A stretch of DNA of 64,000 nucleotides from Sulfolobales archaeon HS-7 (GTDB lineage: Archaea; Thermoproteota; Thermoprotei_A; Sulfolobales; Sulfolobaceae), in contig AP024596.1 in the NCBI GenBank assembly GCA_019704295.1, positions 544,001 through 608,000 on the forward strand, written 5' to 3'. Each line of letters begins with the position of its first letter. The stretch's first letter is position 1. The notes under the pieces are model-generated. The model was not told where the DNA came from. It ran no database searches and worked only from the letters and a program-made list of their open reading frames with translations. A program made the position numbers and the translations under genes. Shown here piece by piece: positions 31,977 to 41,017 of the stretch.

Positions 31977-33803
31977 ATGCCCTTTGATTTGAGCGAATGT
32001 TATGAACAGGAATGGCTTATAACATTTGAAAACGGAGGCTACTCCTCATCTTCCCCATGTGGGATTAATACCAGAACTTACCACGGTTATCTAGTCCTAC
32101 CCCAAAACTCTGCAGAAAATAGATATGTTTTCCTTTCTAAGGTAGAAGATTTCATTGTAGGAGATGAACCGCTGCCTCTTTCTACGAATGAGTACTTAGG
32201 AGCTGTATATCCTCAGGGTTATAAATTCCTTGACTCGTTTGATTGGGAATCCAACTATGTGGAGTGGAATTACTCGTTCCCTGAAGGTAAGGTGAGGAAA
32301 AGGTTGATAGTAGACACAAAGTCAGCAACAGTATCATTAGAATACGGTGTAGAGGGGGATTGGAAACTAAGGATTTGCCCTTTAATTACCTTCAGAAGTC
32401 ACCATACTGTGAAACCCAGCGGATTTACTTACTTTACCTACAAGAAGGAAAACAACTTGTTAACAATATTTAGAGAACAGACGATTAAATTCCTTAACAT
32501 CCATGTACAAGGAAATTTCAACATGGAGGATACAGGTTATTGGTATTATAACATGCTCTATAGAAAGGACAAGGAAAACGGTAATAACTACCTCGATAAC
32601 GTATTTAATCCGTTTTGTATTGAAATATCAAGGAATAGTACTATTACGTTCTTCACAAATAAGTATAAACTAATCGAAATAAAAAAGAAACCGATGGATC
32701 CCTTGTCACTGCTTCGTCAGGCTGCCCTCTCATTTATAGTTAAGGATACCAATTACTCAATAATAGCTGGTTACCATTGGTTTGGAGAATGGGGAAGAGA
32801 TTCGCTGATCTCATTAGAGGGAATAGCGCTTCTAAACTCGCAATTCGAGGTGGCTAAAAACGTTCTGGAAAGGTATATAGCTAATAGTAATAGAGGGCTT
32901 TTGCCTAACTCCTTTGACAGCGAAGGGAATCCCACATATAGGGGAGTTGACGTATCGCTATGGTGGTTTATCGCCGCGTATAAGTACTACCAATACTCTC
33001 ATGATTTAGAGTTCATAAGAAAAAATCTTCCGCTAATGCAAGACGTTATTGAAAACTACATTAAGGGCAACGGAGTCGTTAAGTTCAGGAATGGTCTAAT
33101 CGAGCATATTGGAGCTCCGCGAACGTGGATGGATGCTGAATTCGAGGGTAATGTATACACACCACGAGAGGGATTTGCAGTAGAAATTAATGCCCTATGG
33201 TATAACGCGTTAAGGATCTTTGACTATTTCTATTATCTAGTAAATAAAACGCAAATTTATACCGAGATCTCCCAAAAAACCTTTGCCAAGTTTAACGAGT
33301 TGTTCGAGAGCGATTGGGGGTTGTACGATTACCTGACTTCTAATCTTAAAGGTGATACGTCAGTAAGACCAAATCAAATTTTTGCTGTATCCCTCCCTTT
33401 TCTCGTCGTTACCGAGAGGTTAGGGAAGAAGATACTCTACAATATTGAGAAGTTCCTGCTCAGACCTTATGGATTAAGTACGCTAAATGCAAATGATCCC
33501 AAATATAGGCCAGTCTACGAAGGGGATAGAAAAAGCAGAGATGCGGCATACCATAACGGACCTATATGGCCCTGGCTTATCGGAGGTTATATTGAGGCAA
33601 AAATTAAGCTCGAAAACGATGAGATACAGACGAAGCAATTAATGAGCAGATTGGAGACCCTTATAAAGTACGCTTACAAAAACAACGGATATATTCCAGA
33701 GCTCTTTGATGACGTACCACCATATAGACCAAGAGGATGTATAGCGCAAGCTTGGAGTGTAGCAGAGGTACTAAGATCGATTGATCTTATATCAAAGTAT
33801 TGA
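31977..33803 (+). CDS. Amylo-alpha-1,6-glucosidase (archaeal glycogen debranching enzyme, GH133)
   Basis: TRTYHG, AGYHWFGEWGRD, TWMDA, VEINALWY, RPNQ, YHNGPIWPW, QAWS. Confidence 0.93.
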   Translation: MPFDLSECYEQEWLITFENGGYSSSSPCGINTRTYHGYLVLPQNSAENRYVFLSKVEDFIVGDEPLPLSTNEYLGAVYPQGYKFLDSFDWESNYVEWNYSFPEGKVRKRLIVDTKSATVSLEYGVEGDWKLRICPLITFRSHHTVKPSGFTYFTYKKENNLLTIFREQTIKFLNIHVQGNFNMEDTGYWYYNMLYRKDKENGNNYLDNVFNPFCIEISRNSTITFFTNKYKLIEIKKKPMDPLSLLRQAALSFIVKDTNYSIIAGYHWFGEWGRDSLISLEGIALLNSQFEVAKNVLERYIANSNRGLLPNSFDSEGNPTYRGVDVSLWWFIAAYKYYQYSHDLEFIRKNLPLMQDVIENYIKGNGVVKFRNGLIEHIGAPRTWMDAEFEGNVYTPREGFAVEINALWYNALRIFDYFYYLVNKTQIYTEISQKTFAKFNELFESDWGLYDYLTSNLKGDTSVRPNQIFAVSLPFLVVTERLGKKILYNIEKFLLRPYGLSTLNANDPKYRPVYEGDRKSRDAAYHNGPIWPWLIGGYIEAKIKLENDEIQTKQLMSRLETLIKYAYKNNGYIPELFDDVPPYRPRGCIAQAWSVAEVLRSIDLISKY

Positions 33804-33879
33804 ACCTATGCTTTAGAGTTTTTTGTTCCCTTTAACCGCTTCCGCCTTGATATTATTACTTGTTAATTTTATTTCATGA

Positions 33880-34159
33880 ATGCTGATGTGAACAGTTTCA
33901 GATAAACTGTAAAGTTTATATACTTTATATATAAAACATATTTCATAAATCTTATCATCATATGTGGATGAGTTTTCTCGAAAGGTAATAGACTACACAA
34001 GATGTGCGCGTTTCCCCACATCTATGTGCATGTATGAGTTGGGGTTATCCGCTAGAGGGACGAAGACGCATGAACGGGGCAAACTTTGTGACTTTAATGA
34101 AGTCCAAGGACAGAGGATTGAGATGAAATATGAAATCTTATGAAGCGCAAACCCCAACT
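33880..34159 (+). mobile_element. Non-autonomous mini-element, copy A (IS607/IS605-type TnpB RNA region, no ORF)
   Basis: Aligns end to end with 38218-38495. TTTATATA core, then a structured region closed by a perfect 10-bp stem (34037-34046/34150-34159). Confidence 0.7.
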
Positions 34160-34161
34160 GT

Positions 34162-34192
34162 TTATAACTATTCTTATAACTAACTTATAACT
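34162..34192 (+). promoter_or_regulatory. Triple TTATAACT direct repeat overlapping the thi4 TATA box (candidate operator)
   Basis: TTATAACT at 34162, 34174 and 34185 (12- and 11-nt spacing); the last copy starts 28 nt before the thi4 ATG. Confidence 0.6.
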
Positions 34193-34212
34193 TCTTAATG
34201 GTATACTAATGT

Positions 34213-34998
34213 ATGAAACAGGTAAACGAGGTTAGAATTAGTAAATATATAATAAAGGAAACTATGGAAGATTGGTTAGACTTCATCGATCAAGACGTCA
34301 TTATAGTTGGGGCCGGGCCGGCTGGAATGTCAGCAGCCTACTATTTAGCCTCTGCAGGATTAAAGACTACTATCTTCGAAAGGAGACTAGGATTCGGTGG
34401 TGGTATAGGAGGAGGTGCGATGCTGTTTCATAAAATTATAATTGAAGAGCCAGCAAACCAAATACTAGACGAGATTCACGTTAAATACAAAAGGCTTGAG
34501 GAAGGAATTTACGTCGTTGATACCGCAGAGTTAATGGCGAAACTTGCCTCAGCGGCTATTGACGCAGGTGCTAGAATTATAAATGGGGTTTCCGTCGACG
34601 ACGTAATATTCAGGGAAAACCCACTGAGAGTAGCAGGGGTTGCGGTAGAGTGGACTGCGACTCAAATCGCAAACCTTCACGTGGATCCAATTTTTATTTC
34701 GGCAAAGGCAGTGATTGACGCCACAGGACATGATGCCGAAATAATATCGGTAGCATCAAGAAAGTTGCCTGAGCTCAACATAATGATTCCTGGAGAGAAA
34801 CCAGCTTATTCGGAAATAGCTGAGGAATTAACAGTGGAGAATACGGGTATGGTAGCCCCGGGTCTCTACGCTGCCGGTATGGCTGTAACTGAGGTTAAGG
34901 CGTTACCAAGAATGGGACCGATATTCGGTTCGATGTTAATGTCAGGTAAAAGAGTAGCTGAACTTATAATAAGTGATTTGCAAATTGTAAAGAAGTGA
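34213..34998 (+). CDS. thi4: Sulfide-dependent thiazole synthase Thi4
   Basis: GAGPAG, GGGIGGG, LHVDP (His, not the suicide Cys), ATGHDA, RMGPIFG. Confidence 0.95.
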   Translation: MKQVNEVRISKYIIKETMEDWLDFIDQDVIIVGAGPAGMSAAYYLASAGLKTTIFERRLGFGGGIGGGAMLFHKIIIEEPANQILDEIHVKYKRLEEGIYVVDTAELMAKLASAAIDAGARIINGVSVDDVIFRENPLRVAGVAVEWTATQIANLHVDPIFISAKAVIDATGHDAEIISVASRKLPELNIMIPGEKPAYSEIAEELTVENTGMVAPGLYAAGMAVTEVKALPRMGPIFGSMLMSGKRVAELIISDLQIVKK

Positions 34999-35002
34999 TA
35001 AT

Positions 35003-35197
35003 ATGCCAATGGAACTTCACACGCAGGTCAACTCTTTACGATGCTACCAATGCGGAACCATAATCAGATCAAATCCTGTAGTTATAAAGACTTGCTGTGA
35101 TAATAAACCGAAAGTTTTTTGCAGTAAAAGATGTTATGAAGTTTGGTTAGGAAGATGGATGAGAAATCAGGAACAGGCCAGAGGCCGCTCGTTATAG
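35003..35197 (+). CDS. Small TRASH/YHS-like metal-binding protein
   Basis: CYQCG...FCSKRC motif. Confidence 0.7.
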   Translation: MPMELHTQVNSLRCYQCGTIIRSNPVVIKTCCDNKPKVFCSKRCYEVWLGRWMRNQEQARGRSL

Positions 35198-35784
35198 CAA
35201 TATCTGGTGCAAGCGGTATTCAATACGGATTAAGAGCAGTTTACCTTTTAAAGGAAATGGGGGAGAATTTCTCCGTAATAATAACAGAAGGAGCGAAAAA
35301 GGTTACTAAATCGGAATGCAGCGTGGATTTAAGAGAGGAGATCGAGAAAATTAGCGTAAAGGTTTTTGAGGATTCGGAATTAGACGCACCTTTCTCTAGT
35401 TCGAGTTATCTAATAAGGGGAATGATTGTTATACCCTGTAGTCTTGACGTATTAGCAATGATAGCTAGCGGGATAACTTCTACTTTAGTGGGGAGAGTTG
35501 CGGCTAACGTACTAAGGATGAGGTGGAGGTTAGTTCTAGTATTAAGGGAGACTCCCTTGGGTGTGATAGAATTGAGCAATGCATTAAAAGTGGCAAAAGC
35601 CGGTGGCATAATTCTTCCAACTTCTCCTGGATTTTATTCAGGAATGAGAACTGTGCGGGATGTAATAGACTTCGTTGTGGGAAAAACGTTTGATGCCTTT
35701 GGTATAGAGCACTCGATATATAAAAGGTGGTCTAAATATAATCAGCATCCTTGTGACCTAGCCTCTTTGACAGAATCTTCTTAG
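35155..35784 (+). CDS. ubiX: Flavin prenyltransferase
   Basis: ISGASG, FSSSS, IPCS, LRETP, SPGFY. Confidence 0.9.
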   Translation: MDEKSGTGQRPLVIAISGASGIQYGLRAVYLLKEMGENFSVIITEGAKKVTKSECSVDLREEIEKISVKVFEDSELDAPFSSSSYLIRGMIVIPCSLDVLAMIASGITSTLVGRVAANVLRMRWRLVLVLRETPLGVIELSNALKVAKAGGIILPTSPGFYSGMRTVRDVIDFVVGKTFDAFGIEHSIYKRWSKYNQHPCDLASLTESS

Positions 35785-36127
35785 CTGCCTTATCTATTTC
35801 ATCCTCGTATTCCATATCACTTTCCTCCTTTTTACCGTCATCCCTCTTTTCAATGGCGAAAGCACACTTATTTCCTGGAAGTAATGCCCTCTTATCGCAG
35901 TAAGCATACTGGCAATCTCCTGTAATACAGGTATCCCCGGCCCACCTACAGAAGCCAATTTTGTATGGATTTCCTTTCATATATTTGGTAGTTATCATAA
36001 GGGCTTTCTTATTACATCTAAAATAAGGGCAGAGATAGCTACATTTCTCCCCTAAAGGCATTGGTTTAAGTTCCCCATCAGAAATCTGAGGAGGTCTTCT
36101 CCCTATCAAATCATCACGTCTTGACAA
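35732..36127 (-). CDS. Conserved Cys-rich hypothetical protein
   Basis: 8 Cys in about 60 aa; TTG start preceded by GGAGG; last gene of the fbp-endA unit. Confidence 0.75.
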   Translation of the reverse strand: MSRRDDLIGRRPPQISDGELKPMPLGEKCSYLCPYFRCNKKALMITTKYMKGNPYKIGFCRWAGDTCITGDCQYAYCDKRALLPGNKCAFAIEKRDDGKKEESDMEYEDEIDKAAKKILSKRLGHKDADYI

Positions 36128-36163
36128 ACTCGTAAACCTCCAATACTCTTTCCTATTTCATTA

Positions 36164-36718
36164 TTATAATCTTACCCATTTAAATGTTACGTATCTTACA
36201 GTATTAAATTTTGAATTGACAAAAGCAAGTATAAGTTTTTTTCTAACACTATGAGATACTCTACCGAAGCCCATTATCTCGTTTGCAAGAAGATTACGAT
36301 CATCCTTCAACGCTATTACTAAATATGGTGCATGTTCTAGCCCCGGTCCTAAGTTGTATAGTGCGTAATCAGCTCCGTATTTTAATCCAGATCTTACAAT
36401 AAATCCCTTTTCTCTTAGAGATTTGTATACTGTAAAAAGTTCATCAAAACGCCTGTTGTAACCCTTTGCCTTCTCCATTAATTCACTATATCCTATCACC
36501 CTATTATCTATATCCCTTACCCTGAGCATCGAGCGCTCACTTAGGTAAACCGCTTCGACGAGTGAAAGCTCCAACGGCGTATTGACATCCTTTGCTTTAT
36601 TTACTCCTACTGGTTTTCCGAAGTAGCTGTAAATGTAAAGTCGTTTTGAGCTCTGAATATCGAATACTACAACTTTATCGCCGATTAGAACTCCATCGAT
36701 TGTCTGCTCACTTGCCAA
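36164..36718 (-). CDS. endA: tRNA splicing endonuclease, catalytic subunit
   Basis: LSLVEAVYL, GLKYGADYALY, GPGLEHA, RVSHSVRK (Y/H/K triad). Confidence 0.93.
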   Translation of the reverse strand: MASEQTIDGVLIGDKVVVFDIQSSKRLYIYSYFGKPVGVNKAKDVNTPLELSLVEAVYLSERSMLRVRDIDNRVIGYSELMEKAKGYNRRFDELFTVYKSLREKGFIVRSGLKYGADYALYNLGPGLEHAPYLVIALKDDRNLLANEIMGFGRVSHSVRKKLILAFVNSKFNTVRYVTFKWVRL

Positions 36719-36749
36719 AGAATTCCCCGACTTGGGAGCACTGTGAAAT

Positions 36750-37898
36750 TCAATCGCTACTAGTTTCGTTTACATGCTTTGATTCCTTGCCCCCTTTGAC
36801 GTCCTCCGCCTTCTTAAACCTTCCCTTTAATCTCTCCATGATTTTAGGCAACGTTGTATATTCCATTTCCGAAGGTTCTAATCTATGAGGCATAAAGGGT
36901 CCATGTCTTCTCATGTACTCTGTTACAATGTTCGCAGTTCTTCGGGTTTCGTCAAATGCCGGATCATCAAATAAGTCGCTAGGTCCTACCAGTTTCCCAT
37001 CTTTTATATTAAACCCTAACCCTATAAGACGGGGAGGGCCATCAAATCTAGTTGCCCTAGCATCCCTCTGTGATACCGGCATTAATGGTCCATAATGACT
37101 CCCCCTCATCCACCCTGCTACGAGATGAGGAAATGAAAAGGCTTCTAGGGCCTCTCCAAGGGCAGGAAATCCGTGTTGAAGCCTAACTATAAGCACTGGA
37201 TCGTCCTTTCCTACGTATTTCCCAGCTATCAGATTTAGTCTATCTACGGTTACAACAGTCGCCTGTTCGTCATCACCTCTTCTAAAGACTTTCCTAACTA
37301 TATACCTGCTCGGTGTTCCAATTAATGCTAGGATATCGTAAAGTTCCTCTGGGGATGATAAAGTTACGCTTTCCCCTTCGTATACGTCTAAAATTTCGAA
37401 ATTAAAACCTACATGCATTAGGGGGTCTATGACGAGCCCCGCCGTGTTAAAGGGATCAGCAAACATTTTGTATACTGGCAAATTGAACGCTCCAGGTTCT
37501 GTTTTATCCGCCATGAATATAGCTATAGGTTCCGACTTTCTCTCCTCAAATTCCATTTCAGCTACTCCTGGTCCCATACCTCTAATGTTTCCCGAAAAGG
37601 AATCCGATAATAGGTCTTGGCCTGCTGCATACAAACCTAATTCCTGAGCAACTTTTGTTGCTTCCTTAAATGCATTCCACGCTACCTCATGGACTTTTGA
37701 GTCATAAACTCCCCGGGTGTGAGTCATTATTAGCTCCATGTCATCTCCAACGTTAGTAATGTAAAAATCTCCAATTATCCCATCCTTTTTCGCCTGTGAT
37801 AACACTTTACTTGCGACGGCCATAGTATCTGGATGTGTTACATGATGTCCAGCTAATGAACCTATATCAGCCTTTATTACACTTATTGTAACCTTCAT
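36750..37898 (-). CDS. fbp: Fructose-1,6-bisphosphate aldolase/phosphatase
   Basis: KADIG, VGDD, GQDLL, DKTEPG, GKYVGKDDP, GWMRGSH, EMEYTTLP. Confidence 0.97.
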   Translation of the reverse strand: MKVTISVIKADIGSLAGHHVTHPDTMAVASKVLSQAKKDGIIGDFYITNVGDDMELIMTHTRGVYDSKVHEVAWNAFKEATKVAQELGLYAAGQDLLSDSFSGNIRGMGPGVAEMEFEERKSEPIAIFMADKTEPGAFNLPVYKMFADPFNTAGLVIDPLMHVGFNFEILDVYEGESVTLSSPEELYDILALIGTPSRYIVRKVFRRGDDEQATVVTVDRLNLIAGKYVGKDDPVLIVRLQHGFPALGEALEAFSFPHLVAGWMRGSHYGPLMPVSQRDARATRFDGPPRLIGLGFNIKDGKLVGPSDLFDDPAFDETRRTANIVTEYMRRHGPFMPHRLEPSEMEYTTLPKIMERLKGRFKKAEDVKGGKESKHVNETSSD

Positions 37899-37957
37899 AC
37901 CAACTTATTGAGTACTAGAATTAAATAGTTAGTCTGTGAGAATCGTCAATGGACTTT

Positions 37958-38659
37958 ATGAACGTGCTACCCCAAACCGTGATTTCCTGCTTCTGTGGGT
38001 AACCTGGATTCCTAACAAGGGTTTCATTTAAGGTATCCTGTAAGTATTGTACTAGAGAGATTATGAAGGGTCTTAACCGATGTAATTTACCGACTCAATT
38101 GGAACAACGTAGCTCAAGCAACCCAGGTCTTAGACACATTGTGTTTTTTACATTATAGAAACAATAAAGGGATTATCCTCCATGGAGCTTACATCCCCTA
38201 GTCCCCCTTCTTATTGAAGTGTCGTTGTCAACAGTTTCGAATAAACAGTAAAGTTAATGTATTTTATATATAAAATATATTTTTTAATCCAGTTACCGGT
38301 AAATGAGCTTCCCGGAAGGGTGACAGGGCACTAGATGCGCGTATGTTCCCATACATACATGAGCAGGTGTGGGTTAAGGTTATCCCGCTAAAGGGATAAG
38401 GGAGGATGAATAGGACAAACCCCCCTGACTTCGGCGAAGTCCAAGGGCTGAGGATTGGGAACAAATATCGTGAAATCCTAGAAAGCCCAACCTCCGTAGG
38501 CAAAACCCTTACAAGATTTTCAATATATCTCTGGAACATAATAATGAAACTAATGTTTTTCACATTTAAACTTAGGAAACCCCTTTACTTTTCAACGTTT
38601 ATCTTCATTTAGTGGTTCAATGGACTATCCATCCTCACGAGTCTTTCGCCCCCTTTGTA
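37958..38659 (-). mobile_element. Decayed IS605-type (tnpB) element, interrupted by mini-element B
   Basis: Right-end-like GAAGCAGGAA...GTTCAT at 37958-37995; GFPKFK-like relic near 38565-38585; left-end-like AAAGGGGGCGAAAGACTCG at about 38638-38656, matching the ends at 45050-45077 and 59985-60008. Confidence 0.5.
38218..38495 (+). mobile_element. Non-autonomous mini-element, copy B
   Basis: Homologous to 33880-34159 (AACAGTTTC..ATAAAC.GTAAAGTT, TTTATATATAAAA, GGTTATCC, GAAGTCCAAGG, GAGGATTG, TGAAATC). Confidence 0.7.
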
Positions 38660-38900
38660 TTAGCCTTTGTATTAGTTTGATTACCGTTCGCAGTCTGATA
38701 TCAATAACATTCATCGACAAAATAAGCATCACCTAGACGCCTAAGCGAAGATCGATGTGGTATGCCTCTGCTCCGATTACAGTCCCACGCTAGACACTAA
38801 ATGTTAACTACTGGTTGCGACTCTCAGAGCTAGTGGACCCCCATGTGTAAGGTGAAACCAAGAAACAAGAAGCTCCTTCTCTAGAGAGGGGTGGGCTCAC
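38660..38900 (+). mobile_element. SMN1-like IS605-derived mini-element relic
   Basis: AGACGCCTAAGC..GATGTGGTATGCCTCTGCTCC matches 53138-53416 (minus); ends with GAAGCTCC-hairpin..CTCAC. Confidence 0.55.
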
Positions 38901-38990
38901 ATTATCGTGCGACAGTTAATAATGTTTCCGCTCTTTTTGGAAACCTCCACATTTATAACTTAGATCTGCTTGATCTTACTGGGAAGGAAA

Positions 38991-39224
38991 ATGGGCAACA
39001 TATATACTAATGATATAAAGCGTATAGCGCAAAAAATATATGAGGAGCATAAAGCTGAGGTTACAAAAAAATTTGAGGATAACAAGAAACTTGTTTCAAA
39101 ATATCTAATTACGCCGTCAAAAAAGGTACGGAATAGAGTTGCCGGTTACTTGACTAGATACGCTAAGGTTGCTGAATCCTTAGCTAATAGGGAAATAAAG
39201 TACGAAGAGGAAGATAATGGTTAA
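38991..39224 (+). CDS. rps17e: 30S ribosomal protein S17e
   Basis: MGNIYTNDIKR...FEDNKK...SKKVRNRVAGYLTR. Confidence 0.95.
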   Translation: MGNIYTNDIKRIAQKIYEEHKAEVTKKFEDNKKLVSKYLITPSKKVRNRVAGYLTRYAKVAESLANREIKYEEEDNG

Positions 39225-39459
39225 GGTAAACTTTTACGGACCTCTTAAGAACTATTTTGGTAACACTGCGGAAGTAAAGGGAAGAACACTACTCGAAATT
39301 CTAAGCTCTATAGATGCTAATAACGTGCTCATAGAAAGGAAACAAAATAAAATAAAATCGGGAATCATAATACTAATTGATGGAATGGACTGGAGAATAA
39401 ACAGTGCTATCAACGATGAAAGTCAAATAGATATAATTCCCGTCAATCACGGTGGTTAA
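39217..39459 (+). CDS. urm1: Ubiquitin-like MoaD/Urm1/SAMP protein
   Basis: Beta-grasp size, IILIDG.DW, C-terminal NHGG; located between S17e and Cgi121. Confidence 0.85.
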   Translation: MVKVNFYGPLKNYFGNTAEVKGRTLLEILSSIDANNVLIERKQNKIKSGIIILIDGMDWRINSAINDESQIDIIPVNHGG

Positions 39460-39829
39460 ATTAAGTCAAATAGAAGTTGAGCGTATATCGTTAAGTGATA
39501 TTCGCTATGACGACGAGTGCGTAACGCAGATTGTAAGGGAAAAATCCCCTGAATTACTAATTAGGCAGGCGTGCTATATACTATGGAAAGAGATAGAGGG
39601 GAAAAAAACAATATTGAAAAATCCCACTGCAGAGCTTCTAATACTACTAGCAGGTACGAGAAATCTCAAGGAGGCTATGAATAAATTAGGAGCAAGCGAA
39701 GGGGAAAGGGGATTTTTAACACAGTGTTGCAAAGTTCACTTATCAACATTTAACCAAATGGATTACGTGATTAGTATGGAAGAAAGGCTAAAACTTTCAG
39801 CTAATGCCATCCTTCACGTGGAGATGTAA
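39452..39829 (+). CDS. cgi121: KEOPS complex subunit Cgi121-like
   Basis: ELLILLAGTRNLKEAMNKLGA motif; follows urm1. Confidence 0.75.
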   Translation: MVKLSQIEVERISLSDIRYDDECVTQIVREKSPELLIRQACYILWKEIEGKKTILKNPTAELLILLAGTRNLKEAMNKLGASEGERGFLTQCCKVHLSTFNQMDYVISMEERLKLSANAILHVEM

Positions 39830-39985
39830 AATTATATTTCCTATCTGAAACTCCGCGATGTCATTAATTCTGTCTTCTTAATAGTTCAAGATATTTCGAT
39901 TTATGACCTAATTTCCGCTTCTGATCACAATTTTATTAATCATGTATAACACTTAAATAACTAAATCCCTAACTTTATAAGGAAC

Positions 39986-41017
39986 ATGTCCGCGAACATT
40001 GGGATATTTATAATTAGGAGAATTATCAACGCTATAATAACTTTGATATTACTGATAGTGATACTATTTATCTTAATTCATATTATAGCGCCATCTCCTT
40101 TAGCCCTAGCGAGAATATATGCAGCAAATCCTCATGCCCCATATTCAGAACTCGATCAGATCATCAAAGAATACGGCCTAAATAAACCCCTTTACGTTCA
40201 GATTATAAACTACATAATAAACGTGTTACATGGAAATTTAGGTTTCGATCCAATATATAAAGTCCCAGAGATCAGCCTTATAGGGCAATATCTACCTATA
40301 ACTCTCGAATTAGTTATCCCCGCAACGATATTAGCCGTAGTAATAGGCCTATTATCGGGAGCAGTTGCTGCATCGAATAGGAACAAACCCCTAGATTACT
40401 TTGTCAAGGGAGTTTACCTAGTCACTTGGGCGTCTCCTCCTTTTCTCGTTGCAACTGCATTGCTTATATTTTTTGCATTTGACCTACACTTATTGCCGAG
40501 TAACGGCGTCGTAAATCCAACCCTTACTGCGCCCCCAAAATATACGCCTTTTCCAGTCCTCAACTCGATAGTTGCGGGTGACTGGACTTATTTCGCGAGT
40601 CTCGTTCATCATATGGTCTTACCGGTTTTGTCTCTATCTCTAGTAAGTTTCGGAATAGTTACCAGATTAACCAGGGCTTCAATGTTAGATTATATGGATA
40701 CAGATTTCGCTAGATTAAGTCTAATGAAGGGATTGAGCCGAAGACGCGTGATTTACGGTGTGGTCCTGAGAAATGCCTCTATACCATTAATAACTCTTAT
40801 AGCGTTACTTTTCGGATACTCGGTCGCAGGAGCAGTAGTTATAGAGGATATATATCACTATTTCGGAATGGGATACTTTATAACTCAGGCCATATTTAAT
40901 CTCGATTACATAGCTATACTAGATACCACGTTGATAATCGGAATATCAATAATAGCAGCCAACCTAATAGCAGATATATTATATGGAGTTGTTGATCCAA
41001 GGGTGAGACTAGAATGA
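39986..41017 (+). CDS. dppB: Peptide ABC transporter permease
   Basis: LP.TLEL, RLTRASML, DPRVR. Confidence 0.92.
   Translation: MSANIGIFIIRRIINAIITLILLIVILFILIHIIAPSPLALARIYAANPHAPYSELDQIIKEYGLNKPLYVQIINYIINVLHGNLGFDPIYKVPEISLIGQYLPITLELVIPATILAVVIGLLSGAVAASNRNKPLDYFVKGVYLVTWASPPFLVATALLIFFAFDLHLLPSNGVVNPTLTAPPKYTPFPVLNSIVAGDWTYFASLVHHMVLPVLSLSLVSFGIVTRLTRASMLDYMDTDFARLSLMKGLSRRRVIYGVVLRNASIPLITLIALLFGYSVAGAVVIEDIYHYFGMGYFITQAIFNLDYIAILDTTLIIGISIIAANLIADILYGVVDPRVRLE

Noticed and set aside
34000-34160. TPP riboswitch upstream of thi4
   Set aside because: No CTGAGA core. The sequence is duplicated at 38.3 kb away from thiamine genes, so it is a mobile-element RNA region.
38264-38612. ORFs of 99 and 68 aa
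   Set aside because: They lie across element relics and show no coherent protein features.
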